Positions 46,657 through 56,215 of a stretch of DNA of 64,000 nt are shown here, piece by piece. A program made the translations under genes and the position numbers. Source of the DNA: a virus; IMG/VR virus record IMGVR_UViG_3300025118_000005, positions 15,503-79,502 of that record. One strand, 5' to 3'. Below the pieces are notes generated by a model. That model saw nothing but the letters and a program-made list of their open reading frames with translations, was not told where the DNA came from and did not search any database. The stretch's first letter is position 1. Each line of letters starts with the position of its first letter.

Positions 46657-46711
46657 TTTGTGACATTTTATTTTTAGGGTGTATTAATAAGGAGGAGCTT
46701 TGTAAGATATT

Positions 46712-48439
46712 ATGCCAAAAACATTCAACGTAGAACAATTAAGGTTAAACGGTCAGTTACTTACCGGTAACTCGGCTGGTGAACTATTTTATGACGGACA
46801 GCCACTCGCCAATGGCGATACCGCCGTCCCTCTCGGGAGACTAATTATAGCTGGTGATGCTTTAAAGCATGCCGATAAGGTTAGTGACTCGGAGGATTTA
46901 TCCGCCCATCGTACGCTGCATGTGATGGTAGACGAGAGTACTATCGACATTAATGCTTCTGATAAACTAATGGTCCCTACCGGTGGCATTGGTTATCAAC
47001 AACTTCACGCTACTAGTATTGCCGGTGCAGGTCTTGCTGGTGGCCAAACTGCTCCGTTAAGCGTTGTTGGAGGGTCAGGTATCGTAGTAGCTAGCGATGC
47101 TGTGAATATTCCGGAAACGGGCGTTACTGCAACTATGTTACTCGGGTCTATCCCTGATAGTAAGCTCAACAACATCGTCTCTGTGGGTAAAGTAGAAGGT
47201 AGCGCAATACAATTAAATGGCACTACCTTAGTCGACTTAGCTTCCAACGGCCTCGCGTTAAATACAAACTCTGTCGGCATAACCCATATCCAATCTGCCG
47301 TTGCCGGAACCGGCCTGCAGGGAGGTAATGGTTCAGCAATTAGAGTTGGTGCTGGTGCCGGTCTCGAAGTAGATTCTACAACGGTCGGTATTGTGGCCGG
47401 TGGGGTTACTTCCGATATGCTCGAAGGAAGTATAGCGGATAGCAAATTAGCCACTATTACTACGGCAGGAAAAGTTGACGGCGGCGCAGTACAATTAAAC
47501 GCTAATGGTTTAGAAGACGACGAAGGTTTAGGAATTAAGAATTCTGGTGTTGTCGGTACGATGATTCATCCAAATACGGCCGGAGCCGGTTTGGGTGGAG
47601 GAGGCGTTGCCGGAGCCCTCGTGGTGAATGCCGGTTCAGGTATCTTGGTTCAAGATGACGAAGTAAACATCGATGAATCGGGAGTTATTACCTCAATGAT
47701 CCGTGACGGAAATGTTACAAATGACAAACTCGGTACGAACCTTTCGATTGCCAAAACTGATTTGGCTGCGGGAGACGGTTTAAATTTAAATAGCAATACT
47801 TTATCTGTTGATCTTGCTACCGCTCCGGGCCTTGAATTTGACGGAGGAGACTTAAGAGTAAATCAAGACGTAATCTTGGGCAAGTCTAGCGCAACTCAAA
47901 CTCTTTCTGGTAATTATACTTTTTCTAATACCCTAGTTCTTTCATCCGGCATAACTGTTGCGGGCGATTTACAGGTTCAAGGGACTACTTTAGTTACCGA
48001 ACAAAATCAAGTTAACATTGGTGACGACATCATCGTACTTAATGCTGACTATCCCGGCGACGATCCGCCCGATGCGGGTATCGAAATTGAACGGGGCACA
48101 CTAACTAATGCCAAGTTCCTTTTTGACGACACCGACCATTATTGGGTAGCGGGTATTGGCTCAGACAAACATCGGGTTGATACCAAAAAGTACTCCCGGT
48201 CTTATGGAGTGGAAATGACCAAAGACGCCACGCAACATAAGTTATCTTTCGGGCATACTTTCGAATCATTGCCTAATGTCGTTGTTTCCCTACAGCATAC
48301 TGGCAAACATAACGTAACCAATCCTGACCTACTCGGAGCAATGGTTACAAAGGTATATACCACGGGCGTATGGGTTGACTTTACGAACGAACTTCCGCAT
48401 TCAGGATATTATCTCAATGCTTATGCTGCTGTAGCATAA
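46712..48439 (+). CDS. Tail fibre with Gly-rich shaft repeats and lectin-like tip
   Basis: Repeated AG.GL.GG / GVT..ML.GSI.DSKL; FGHTF...P.VVVS. Confidence 0.7.
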   Translation: MPKTFNVEQLRLNGQLLTGNSAGELFYDGQPLANGDTAVPLGRLIIAGDALKHADKVSDSEDLSAHRTLHVMVDESTIDINASDKLMVPTGGIGYQQLHATSIAGAGLAGGQTAPLSVVGGSGIVVASDAVNIPETGVTATMLLGSIPDSKLNNIVSVGKVEGSAIQLNGTTLVDLASNGLALNTNSVGITHIQSAVAGTGLQGGNGSAIRVGAGAGLEVDSTTVGIVAGGVTSDMLEGSIADSKLATITTAGKVDGGAVQLNANGLEDDEGLGIKNSGVVGTMIHPNTAGAGLGGGGVAGALVVNAGSGILVQDDEVNIDESGVITSMIRDGNVTNDKLGTNLSIAKTDLAAGDGLNLNSNTLSVDLATAPGLEFDGGDLRVNQDVILGKSSATQTLSGNYTFSNTLVLSSGITVAGDLQVQGTTLVTEQNQVNIGDDIIVLNADYPGDDPPDAGIEIERGTLTNAKFLFDDTDHYWVAGIGSDKHRVDTKKYSRSYGVEMTKDATQHKLSFGHTFESLPNVVVSLQHTGKHNVTNPDLLGAMVTKVYTTGVWVDFTNELPHSGYYLNAYAAVA

Positions 48440-48465
48440 AAGACTAGATAACAATATTCGACTCC

Positions 48466-48500
48466 TAAAAAGCCCCACCAAAATGGTGGGGTTTTTATTT
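48466..48500. terminator. Bidirectional Rho-independent terminator
   Basis: AAAAAGCCCCACC-AAAAT-GGTGGGGTTTTT. Confidence 0.9.
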
Positions 48501-48547
48501 GCATTTCTTTACATTTAAAAATATAATAAAGTAAGGAGTTATCGCTT

Positions 48548-48847
48548 ATGACTAAAAAAGAATTACTGCAACGAAAAAGGGAAATAGAGCAAATAGCAAA
48601 CTTTATTGTAAATAATATTACCTTGGCTGAAGTCTCTGCGATGGTCATAGAAAGAGCTACTGAGACAGCTGAATTTATTGTAATAAATAATTTGGATCCC
48701 AAAAATTTTAATTCTCAAGCGGGCAGAAAAAAAATGTGGAAAGACTTAAGAAAGCTAAAATCATCAGGAAAGATAACCCCAGTGATGAAGCCGGGCACAG
48801 TATCACACCTCGGTTTCTCTACGAAAAGAGCCAAAAAAAATAAATGA
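48548..48847 (+). CDS. Basic hypothetical protein
   Basis: Promoter TTGCAT(48499)-17-TATAAT(48522). Confidence 0.6.
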   Translation: MTKKELLQRKREIEQIANFIVNNITLAEVSAMVIERATETAEFIVINNLDPKNFNSQAGRKKMWKDLRKLKSSGKITPVMKPGTVSHLGFSTKRAKKNK

Positions 48848-49815
48848 ACGGTAAAAATTTATATATAGGAAATATTCTTGGACCAACGGGGCCTACGGGC
48901 CCCCAAGGGATTTCTGGCTTGATAGGGTCTACTGGTCCATCGGGCGCGACTGGCCCCGAAGGAGGCCCCATGGGGGCGACAGGCCCGAGTGGGTATACGG
49001 GAGCCACGGGGCCGGAGGGTTTAACCCCTATGCTCACTGGAGCATCTTATACAGCCGTAGACTTATCTCTTTTGTCTACAGGGGACAATGTCACTCTTAC
49101 TGTTCCCGCTGGATTGAAATATGATATTGGAACTTATATAAAAGCCTGCGTGACCGGAACAAGTTATGAATATTTTCAAGGAACAATAAACTATTATGAT
49201 AATACCACGCTTACTCTGAAAGCAGAATATTTTTATGGTTCTATTTCTGGAGACCAATGGAAGTTAGGTATCGCTGGCAAAACGGGCCCCGTTGGGCCAG
49301 AAGGAGCGCCGGGCGCGCAAGGGGGAGTCGGCCAAGTCCCTGACGGATATTTCGTAATGGCAAATGAAGGTTACGCGGATAGCGGAGCGCTTTATCAACT
49401 TGGTTCCTCCGTCGGAATTAATAATAATGCTCCCGCAGCGGGGATTGACGTAAGCGGAAATATAAGAGCTAGTGAATTTTTAACGGGTGAACCCGTGGGA
49501 GGAGATAGTAATCAACCGACTTTAACTTCTGGTATTGTGGTGATTAATCCAGCAACGGGAGTAGAGGGATATCAAACAGGGGTATTGCATTATATGATTC
49601 CTAAAATAGAATATCAAATTTTTGCTGGAGATGGTTTGACGGATACTTTTACGTTGGAGAGTCCTTGTCGTGGAGCCGAATGGCTCTTAATGTGGAACGC
49701 TAACGCCACCAGTCACCCGAACCCAAATCAATATTCAGTAAACGGAAAGACGGTTATTTTTGACAGTCAATCTGTCCCTATAGGGGATATAGAAGTTAGA
49801 CATATAATATTATAA
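48844..49815 (+). CDS. Collagen-like fibre protein
   Basis: GPT/GAT Gly-X-Y repeats. Confidence 0.8.
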   Translation: MNGKNLYIGNILGPTGPTGPQGISGLIGSTGPSGATGPEGGPMGATGPSGYTGATGPEGLTPMLTGASYTAVDLSLLSTGDNVTLTVPAGLKYDIGTYIKACVTGTSYEYFQGTINYYDNTTLTLKAEYFYGSISGDQWKLGIAGKTGPVGPEGAPGAQGGVGQVPDGYFVMANEGYADSGALYQLGSSVGINNNAPAAGIDVSGNIRASEFLTGEPVGGDSNQPTLTSGIVVINPATGVEGYQTGVLHYMIPKIEYQIFAGDGLTDTFTLESPCRGAEWLLMWNANATSHPNPNQYSVNGKTVIFDSQSVPIGDIEVRHIIL

Positions 49816-51506
49816 TGGCAGAGAAAAAAACATTTACGGCACAAAAGATTCGTACGAGCGAAATATGTGGAGTCGACGGAGAACTTATAGTTAATAGCGA
49901 ATCTATTAGCGGTGCTTCAGGGACTTTTGACGAACTAACCGTCGGCGGAGTAAAATACATTCCAAGAGACCAAATCGCTTATGGATTTAGATTCGGCGGG
50001 CCACCGATTGATGTACCAAGCGGCTTGCCTTTCGTTACTGGGTCCAGCCCACAACTGTTTACCGGCTTGGCTTCTGGGCATAATTATGTTTTCGTAGAAG
50101 AGGCGTCTTCTTTTGCTAGTGGAGACCACATTATCATAAATCCGGGGGGATTATATAGTGACGGAAATCCGCAAGAAGAACAAACTATTACGGGAATATC
50201 ATATTACCGTCCTTCAGATGGTTGTAACGCTACTATCTACGACAATACCGCCGCAGGGCAAGGGACAATCTATCATAATAATGAACGCTCGATTGCCGCA
50301 GGAAATAAAGTTATATTTGGTAATTCTGACGTAGATATACATGGGCATCAATTTATATATGATGTTACTGAAACGATAGGGGCAGGGAATGATCTTAGGG
50401 GGATAAAGGTTACTCCGACATTACGAAACAGCATCCCCATAAGCGGCTGTATATGCGTCGTCGCGCCCACCCTAGAAACTGAAAATAATTTATTTCATAA
50501 CTATCCAATCGGAACAAAAGTCGCGAGAAAATATGCAAATACCTCGACCTCTTTTGTGGGAAGCGGGACTAGCGGGGATCCCTATTGGAACAATGTAGTT
50601 TTATTAGTCCAATCTAATAATCAGGATGGAGAAACAGTTTTTGAAGATACTTCATTATCGGATCATACTGTAACCGGTTACGGAAATGTACAACACAAAT
50701 CGGGAGAATACAAATTTGGAAATTCTTCAATGTATTTTGACGGGACTGGAGACTACTTAAAAATTCCGCACAGTACGAATTTTAACTTTAATAATTTTGA
50801 CGCAACGATCGAGTTCTGGTATAAACATGTTGCTCATTCGACTCAGGGTGACGATTCAAGTACTGTGGATGAAGATATTATATTAAGTAAGGGGAGAAAT
50901 AATTCAACGGCAACCGGGTGGCTATTCCGTTTATCTAACCCCGCGAACTCTCAGTTTCAAGAGGGTCTTATATCATTTACGTTTTATGATGGCTTTAGTG
51001 TAGGGAATGCAATAAATACAACGCAAAGAGTGGATGACGGAAATTGGTATCATATAGCCGCTACAAAAAATAATGGTAATTCAAATTGGTCATTGTTCTT
51101 AAACGGAACGGGCCAAGGCTCGGTCACAGACTATGTTCATAATTTTGATAACGCTGATAATATTGTAGTCGGCGCGGGAAAAAGATATCAAGATGGGGTC
51201 ACTGGTAATTATGCGAACTTTTATTTAGAGGACTTGAGAATAACAAATACGATTAGATATACTAACGACTTTATCGCGCCCACCCAGAATTTTGATAATT
51301 TCCTTAGAGCTCCAGACGCTTGTAGCAGTACTTGCTACGATACTCGGTATTTATACGTTGATAAAGGCGTATATACTGGAGATTTTGATTGGCATCTTAC
51401 GGGTTACAGAGAATATTTTATAGATTTTTCAGGCGTAGACGTTCATATAACAGGAGATAATAAAACTGGTTTATTAACGTTAGTCTATCCAGACGAAGGA
51501 ATATAA
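49815..51506 (+). CDS. LamG/concanavalin-A-like domain virion protein
   Basis: KFGNSSMYFDGTGDYL, TIEFW, WYHIA, YLEDLRIT. Confidence 0.8.
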   Translation: MAEKKTFTAQKIRTSEICGVDGELIVNSESISGASGTFDELTVGGVKYIPRDQIAYGFRFGGPPIDVPSGLPFVTGSSPQLFTGLASGHNYVFVEEASSFASGDHIIINPGGLYSDGNPQEEQTITGISYYRPSDGCNATIYDNTAAGQGTIYHNNERSIAAGNKVIFGNSDVDIHGHQFIYDVTETIGAGNDLRGIKVTPTLRNSIPISGCICVVAPTLETENNLFHNYPIGTKVARKYANTSTSFVGSGTSGDPYWNNVVLLVQSNNQDGETVFEDTSLSDHTVTGYGNVQHKSGEYKFGNSSMYFDGTGDYLKIPHSTNFNFNNFDATIEFWYKHVAHSTQGDDSSTVDEDIILSKGRNNSTATGWLFRLSNPANSQFQEGLISFTFYDGFSVGNAINTTQRVDDGNWYHIAATKNNGNSNWSLFLNGTGQGSVTDYVHNFDNADNIVVGAGKRYQDGVTGNYANFYLEDLRITNTIRYTNDFIAPTQNFDNFLRAPDACSSTCYDTRYLYVDKGVYTGDFDWHLTGYREYFIDFSGVDVHITGDNKTGLLTLVYPDEGI

Positions 51507-51507
51507 C

Positions 51508-53091
51508 ATGGCTAACTTTTTTTTAGGAAACGTATTGGGCGCGACCGGACCTACGGGGCCCCTAGGCTTATCTGGATTAATTGGCTCTACGGGCGCAACT
51601 GGACCAGCGGGAGGGCCGACAGGAGCAACTGGCCCGAGCGGGGCTTCAGGAGTCGCTGGTCCTACAGCGATTTGCACGGGGACAAGTGATACGTCTATAG
51701 ACCTTGGTAATTCAGCAAATAGTATTGGTCGGACGGTGACAATAATTTCAAATCCGGGAAGATGTTGGTTTATCGGACAGCTTCTTATGATAAAAAGCTC
51801 GGCATCTGCGGCCTATATAACGGGGGAAGTAGAGTCGTATAATAGTATGAACGGCTCTTTATCATTCAAGATCATGAGTAAAAGCGGACTTGGAAGCCCT
51901 AACGATTGGAATATTAGTTTGAGCGGACCGATCGGTCCCACCGGACCGATGGGACCAACGGGGCCGTTCTTTATGATCGATCAAGATACGGTAACGGGAG
52001 CGGTGATCGTTACAGGTTCACATAGTGTTCATGGTACTGGAGAAAACGTTTTTGATAATAATAGTGAGACCTATTGGGCAGCAAATATAAAAACACGCAC
52101 AGATGAAAATTGGGATAACGTAAAATTACTAATTCAATCAGAAGATGCCGACGGAAATACCGCCTTCGTAGATTCCTCTTCTAGCTCTCATGCTGTTACG
52201 GCTAATGGAGATATCCAACACAAAACGACTCAAGCTAAATTTGGTACTTCATCTATATATTTTGACGGTACTGAAGATTATCTCGGTATGGCAAATCATG
52301 CTGATTGGGATTTCGGTAGCGATGATTTTACGATTGAAACTTGGGTTAATTTTGCAGGATGGGAGTCGACAGGCTTCAATACGCTAGCTTGGATCGGAAG
52401 CGTCCAACTTGATTATAAAAACACTTCTAACGAACTAAGGGTATATTGCTATGGAAGTTCGACGCATAGCATAATTGCAACATGGACCGCCTCTCTTAAC
52501 AGTTGGCATCACGTAGCAATTGTTCGTAACGGTACGGATCTTAAACTCTATTTAGACGGCTCCCAGTTAGGAGCGACTACCGACATCGGAACCGCCACTT
52601 TAAATACTCCAGACGATAAGCCTTCTACAATTGGCGGTAGATCAACGTTAGGCGGCGTCTTATCTGTAGACAGATTTTTCAACGGATACATGGAAGATAT
52701 CCGCATAACAAAAACAGCCCGTTATATTTCTAATTTTAACACAGACTTACCGACAGTAATTACTTTGTTTCAAAAAAATGATGTTTATTTAAAGGTGGAT
52801 TATGGATATAACTCTGAGCCTTGGAATAAGCAACAAATTAGTAAATATTATTTCGAAGTAATAGAAGAAGATATAGATTATATGCCTTGTCGTTGGAGGA
52901 TAGAGGCGTCAAATGATGACGCTTCTTGGAAAGTGCTAGATACGAGGTTAAATCAAAAATTTATATCCGGAAGATTTAATTATAGTTTTGCTAATAGCGG
53001 AGAATACAGGTATTATAAATTGAGCATAGCGTCAGGTATGGACCCAGTTGTTGTTAGGCTTAGAGAAATGGGTCTTGTAACTACACGATAA
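51508..53091 (+). CDS. Collagen + LamG + discoidin-like fibre protein
   Basis: GXT repeats; KFGTSSIYFDG..DYL; P.RW.IEASND..SW.VLD, YRYYKL. Confidence 0.8.
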   Translation: MANFFLGNVLGATGPTGPLGLSGLIGSTGATGPAGGPTGATGPSGASGVAGPTAICTGTSDTSIDLGNSANSIGRTVTIISNPGRCWFIGQLLMIKSSASAAYITGEVESYNSMNGSLSFKIMSKSGLGSPNDWNISLSGPIGPTGPMGPTGPFFMIDQDTVTGAVIVTGSHSVHGTGENVFDNNSETYWAANIKTRTDENWDNVKLLIQSEDADGNTAFVDSSSSSHAVTANGDIQHKTTQAKFGTSSIYFDGTEDYLGMANHADWDFGSDDFTIETWVNFAGWESTGFNTLAWIGSVQLDYKNTSNELRVYCYGSSTHSIIATWTASLNSWHHVAIVRNGTDLKLYLDGSQLGATTDIGTATLNTPDDKPSTIGGRSTLGGVLSVDRFFNGYMEDIRITKTARYISNFNTDLPTVITLFQKNDVYLKVDYGYNSEPWNKQQISKYYFEVIEEDIDYMPCRWRIEASNDDASWKVLDTRLNQKFISGRFNYSFANSGEYRYYKLSIASGMDPVVVRLREMGLVTTR

Positions 53092-54419
53092 TGTCTAAAT
53101 TATATTTAGGAGACATAATAGGAGCAACCGGCCCGGTTGGGCCGATAGGAATTTTAGGCAGTAAGGGAGATACGGGCGCGACCGGAGCGATGGGTCCCTC
53201 TCAAGGAGCCACTGGGCCGGCTGGCCCTGATGGCGCAGAAGGAGATATGGGGCCAACGGGCCCGTCGCCTAACTGCAATGGAACATCTTCAACCCCTATA
53301 GATTTAAGCTCAATAAATATAGGCGATATCCCGAGCATTACCGTAGACTCCGCAGAATATTGTTGGGGGGAGGGCCAACATCTAATTATTATTAGCAATG
53401 ACGCAAGTTATCCTAGTCAACATATTATAGCTGAGGTCCTTGAGTATACTGACTCAAATTTAAAATTTAGTGTTTTAGGCAAATCGGGAGGCTCAAATAT
53501 ATCAGATTGGAATATTAGTATTTCTGGAGGCGTGGGAGCTACTGGGCCCGTGGGGGCTGGAGCTTCAGGAGCGGGTAGTGAAATTTCATTTTTTGCCCAT
53601 AGAGACGGAGTAGCGCAAAATATATCTACCAATACCTCTACGATTGTTCAGCTTAATCATACAGATTTTAATATTGGAAACTGTTTTGATGTAACCACAT
53701 ATAAATTTACGCCTACTACAGCCGGGCGGTATTTATTAAATGGCGCTATGCAGTTTGATGATGTAAACTGGAAAGAACAATTTGCGCTCTCCATTAGAAA
53801 AAACGGAGAAGACATTATTAAAACTGTTGTTGTCACCACTGACGGACTGTCGGATCCGCCCATGGATATATCTATTGTATCTTACGCTAATGGAACGACT
53901 GATTATTTCGAAATGATCGTATGGCATGATGACCCTTCTGGCTCACAAAGTCTATTTGGTACTAAGTCTGCGACTAATTTCGGAGGGTTTTTAATTTCTG
54001 GGGGACCGGGACTGACTGGAGCCACGGGGCCACAAGGAGACAGGGGGACAACGACCCTAAGAAGCCCTACCGATCCGATTTATATAACGAGCTCGACACA
54101 AGATCTAGATTGCTCTGTTTCGGATGTCTTTCATTGTTCTCTAGACTCGAATTCTACGGTTAGGCTTACGGGGGCATCCAATGGTCAGAGGATATATGTG
54201 ATCATGCAATGTTCAAATATTAATCATGCGTTAACTTGGTCCGCTGACAACATTGTAGGCTCTTCAGCGTCCGGGGTAATCCGATGGCAAAACGGTTTTC
54301 CTCCGTCTTTAACTGGAGAGGTGGGGTCTGTGACCATGTATGAATTTTTAGTTGTCCCTCTTGGCGGGGCCGCTTATACCTTTCTTGGCTGGGGCTCTAA
54401 TAAATGGGACATGAGTTAA
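53091..54419 (+). CDS. Collagen + C1q-like domain fibre protein
   Basis: GXT repeats; F.A, FN.G..FD..T.KFTP..AG.Y, I.KNG, F.GF. Confidence 0.75.
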   Translation: MSKLYLGDIIGATGPVGPIGILGSKGDTGATGAMGPSQGATGPAGPDGAEGDMGPTGPSPNCNGTSSTPIDLSSINIGDIPSITVDSAEYCWGEGQHLIIISNDASYPSQHIIAEVLEYTDSNLKFSVLGKSGGSNISDWNISISGGVGATGPVGAGASGAGSEISFFAHRDGVAQNISTNTSTIVQLNHTDFNIGNCFDVTTYKFTPTTAGRYLLNGAMQFDDVNWKEQFALSIRKNGEDIIKTVVVTTDGLSDPPMDISIVSYANGTTDYFEMIVWHDDPSGSQSLFGTKSATNFGGFLISGGPGLTGATGPQGDRGTTTLRSPTDPIYITSSTQDLDCSVSDVFHCSLDSNSTVRLTGASNGQRIYVIMQCSNINHALTWSADNIVGSSASGVIRWQNGFPPSLTGEVGSVTMYEFLVVPLGGAAYTFLGWGSNKWDMS

Positions 54420-55537
54420 GGATAATGTTTGTTTAACCAATCTAAATTATCTATTTTATTTACTTGATAGAACCCATCCTTATTTAAATCATTTATCGAA
54501 TTAAAATACTCTTTATACATCTTTGATATTCTTTCCATAGAAAAATTATTGTTTGCCCATTTAGCGCAATTCTTTGGGGTAATATTTTTTATGTTTTCAA
54601 GGGCCCAAACAAAGTGGTTCATATTTCGACATCTGTATCCTGTTATTCCATGTAAATTGTTCTCCGCAAAGCACCCCCAATCAGAAGTGATAACCGGGGT
54701 TCCGCTAAACATCGCCTCTATCGTCACGCCTCCAAATGGCTCAATATAATGCGTGGGAAGGATAAGGGCCTCAGCGTCTCTCAGAAGGGCCTTTCTTCGC
54801 TCTACGTTCGCGTATCCGATGACTTCTACATGGTCCGGTACTTTGTCATACCCCAAGCTCTTTAGGCTTCCCTGACCGGCTATAAGAAGCTTTTTACCTA
54901 CTTTAGCCGTGGCGTCTATAGCTATCCGCAAACCTTTGATTTCTGTTATTCTACCCAAATAAAGAATGTAATTATCTTTAAGGCAACTAAACTCAAAATC
55001 CTCAGGATCAAAGTAATTAGGAATAACCGCATCGTACCAAGCGGGCTGAGCTATTTTCTTTTCTCCATATATAGCGTGCATAACAGCGTACGACTCGAAG
55101 ACTTTGTGCGGGGCAAAGGTGCCACCAGCGTTATAGCCTATCCCCGGTTCAATAATGAAGGCTTGTTCTTTGAATGGGTCAGATACTGGCTTATGTCCAG
55201 ACCCCCAAAAACATAGAACCGCATCGCCCTTTTCTATTCTTTTTTCTAGCTCCCTTTTTCCCTTTATATAAAAAGCCTGATGAGCATAATCTGAGGTATT
55301 GTGCTTAAAAAACTCCTTTTTCCAATCATATGTTCCATACGCCTTTAATAAATCGTCATTTGTCGTCACGCTTACATGTTCAGCGCATTCTACCTCTGAA
55401 TCTTCGTGGCCATAATGAATAATAGTATATTCATCCTGCATCATCTGACAAAACTTTAATACTTTTTGCGTAAAAGCGCAAGAAAGATATTCTTTAGAGG
55501 TCACTGTATGAGGAATGGCCAAAACATGCAATTTCAT
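54416..55537 (-). CDS. GT4-family (GT-B) glycosyltransferase
   Basis: LYLGRI...KG...AI, EPFG.V.IEAM.SGTPVI. Confidence 0.9.
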   Translation of the reverse strand: MKLHVLAIPHTVTSKEYLSCAFTQKVLKFCQMMQDEYTIIHYGHEDSEVECAEHVSVTTNDDLLKAYGTYDWKKEFFKHNTSDYAHQAFYIKGKRELEKRIEKGDAVLCFWGSGHKPVSDPFKEQAFIIEPGIGYNAGGTFAPHKVFESYAVMHAIYGEKKIAQPAWYDAVIPNYFDPEDFEFSCLKDNYILYLGRITEIKGLRIAIDATAKVGKKLLIAGQGSLKSLGYDKVPDHVEVIGYANVERRKALLRDAEALILPTHYIEPFGGVTIEAMFSGTPVITSDWGCFAENNLHGITGYRCRNMNHFVWALENIKNITPKNCAKWANNNFSMERISKMYKEYFNSINDLNKDGFYQVNKIDNLDWLNKHYP

Positions 55538-55598
55538 ATAAAAAAGATATTATAATTTACCTGTTTTTTCAAGATAATACTAGGGAGAAAGTAGCTTA

Positions 55599-56198
55599 AT
55601 GTCACATAAAGTACCAGATGGAGAATCGTGTAAAAATTACTTCAAATTAGGGAAATCGTTTCCTGACAATGTTAAAGACGCGATTTGCGGAATCGATGAG
55701 GTCGTAGGATCAACAGGCCCTACGGGACCAGCGGGGCCTAGGGGCCCCGGCGATGGCGTTAGTGATCCAGCCATTGTAACGGATATACTAAACGGTGTCA
55801 ACGGAACTGTAGATGATCGTACTATACCCACCTATGTTGATCCTTCTGGGTGGTATACAGCTTCTAATCAGTATGCACCGTTACTAGAAACCGCCTCTAT
55901 AACGAATGAGACTTATGTGCCAGACGCTTTAAATGTAAATATATTTGATGTAACTCACAGCGGTACATGTACTATTGCTCCTCCCGTTAATATAAAAAAC
56001 GGCAGAACGATAAGTATCGTTTTGAGACAAGCAGGTAATGGCAATAACGAAATAAATTGGGACCCTTCTTTTGAGTTCGATGGAGGATATGGGGATATCA
56101 CCTATACTTCCGGAGCTAAAGATGTAATGGTAGGGACCATGATAAATGATTTTATGTTCTGTACTCTCGCTGCAGACGTGAAGCCCGTTGCCACCTAA
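55599..56198 (+). CDS. Short collagen-containing virion protein
   Basis: GSTGPTGPAGPRG; C-terminal domain resembling the end of 53091-54419. Confidence 0.65.
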   Translation: MSHKVPDGESCKNYFKLGKSFPDNVKDAICGIDEVVGSTGPTGPAGPRGPGDGVSDPAIVTDILNGVNGTVDDRTIPTYVDPSGWYTASNQYAPLLETASITNETYVPDALNVNIFDVTHSGTCTIAPPVNIKNGRTISIVLRQAGNGNNEINWDPSFEFDGGYGDITYTSGAKDVMVGTMINDFMFCTLAADVKPVAT

Positions 56199-56215
56199 TA
56201 ACATGAAATATATTT

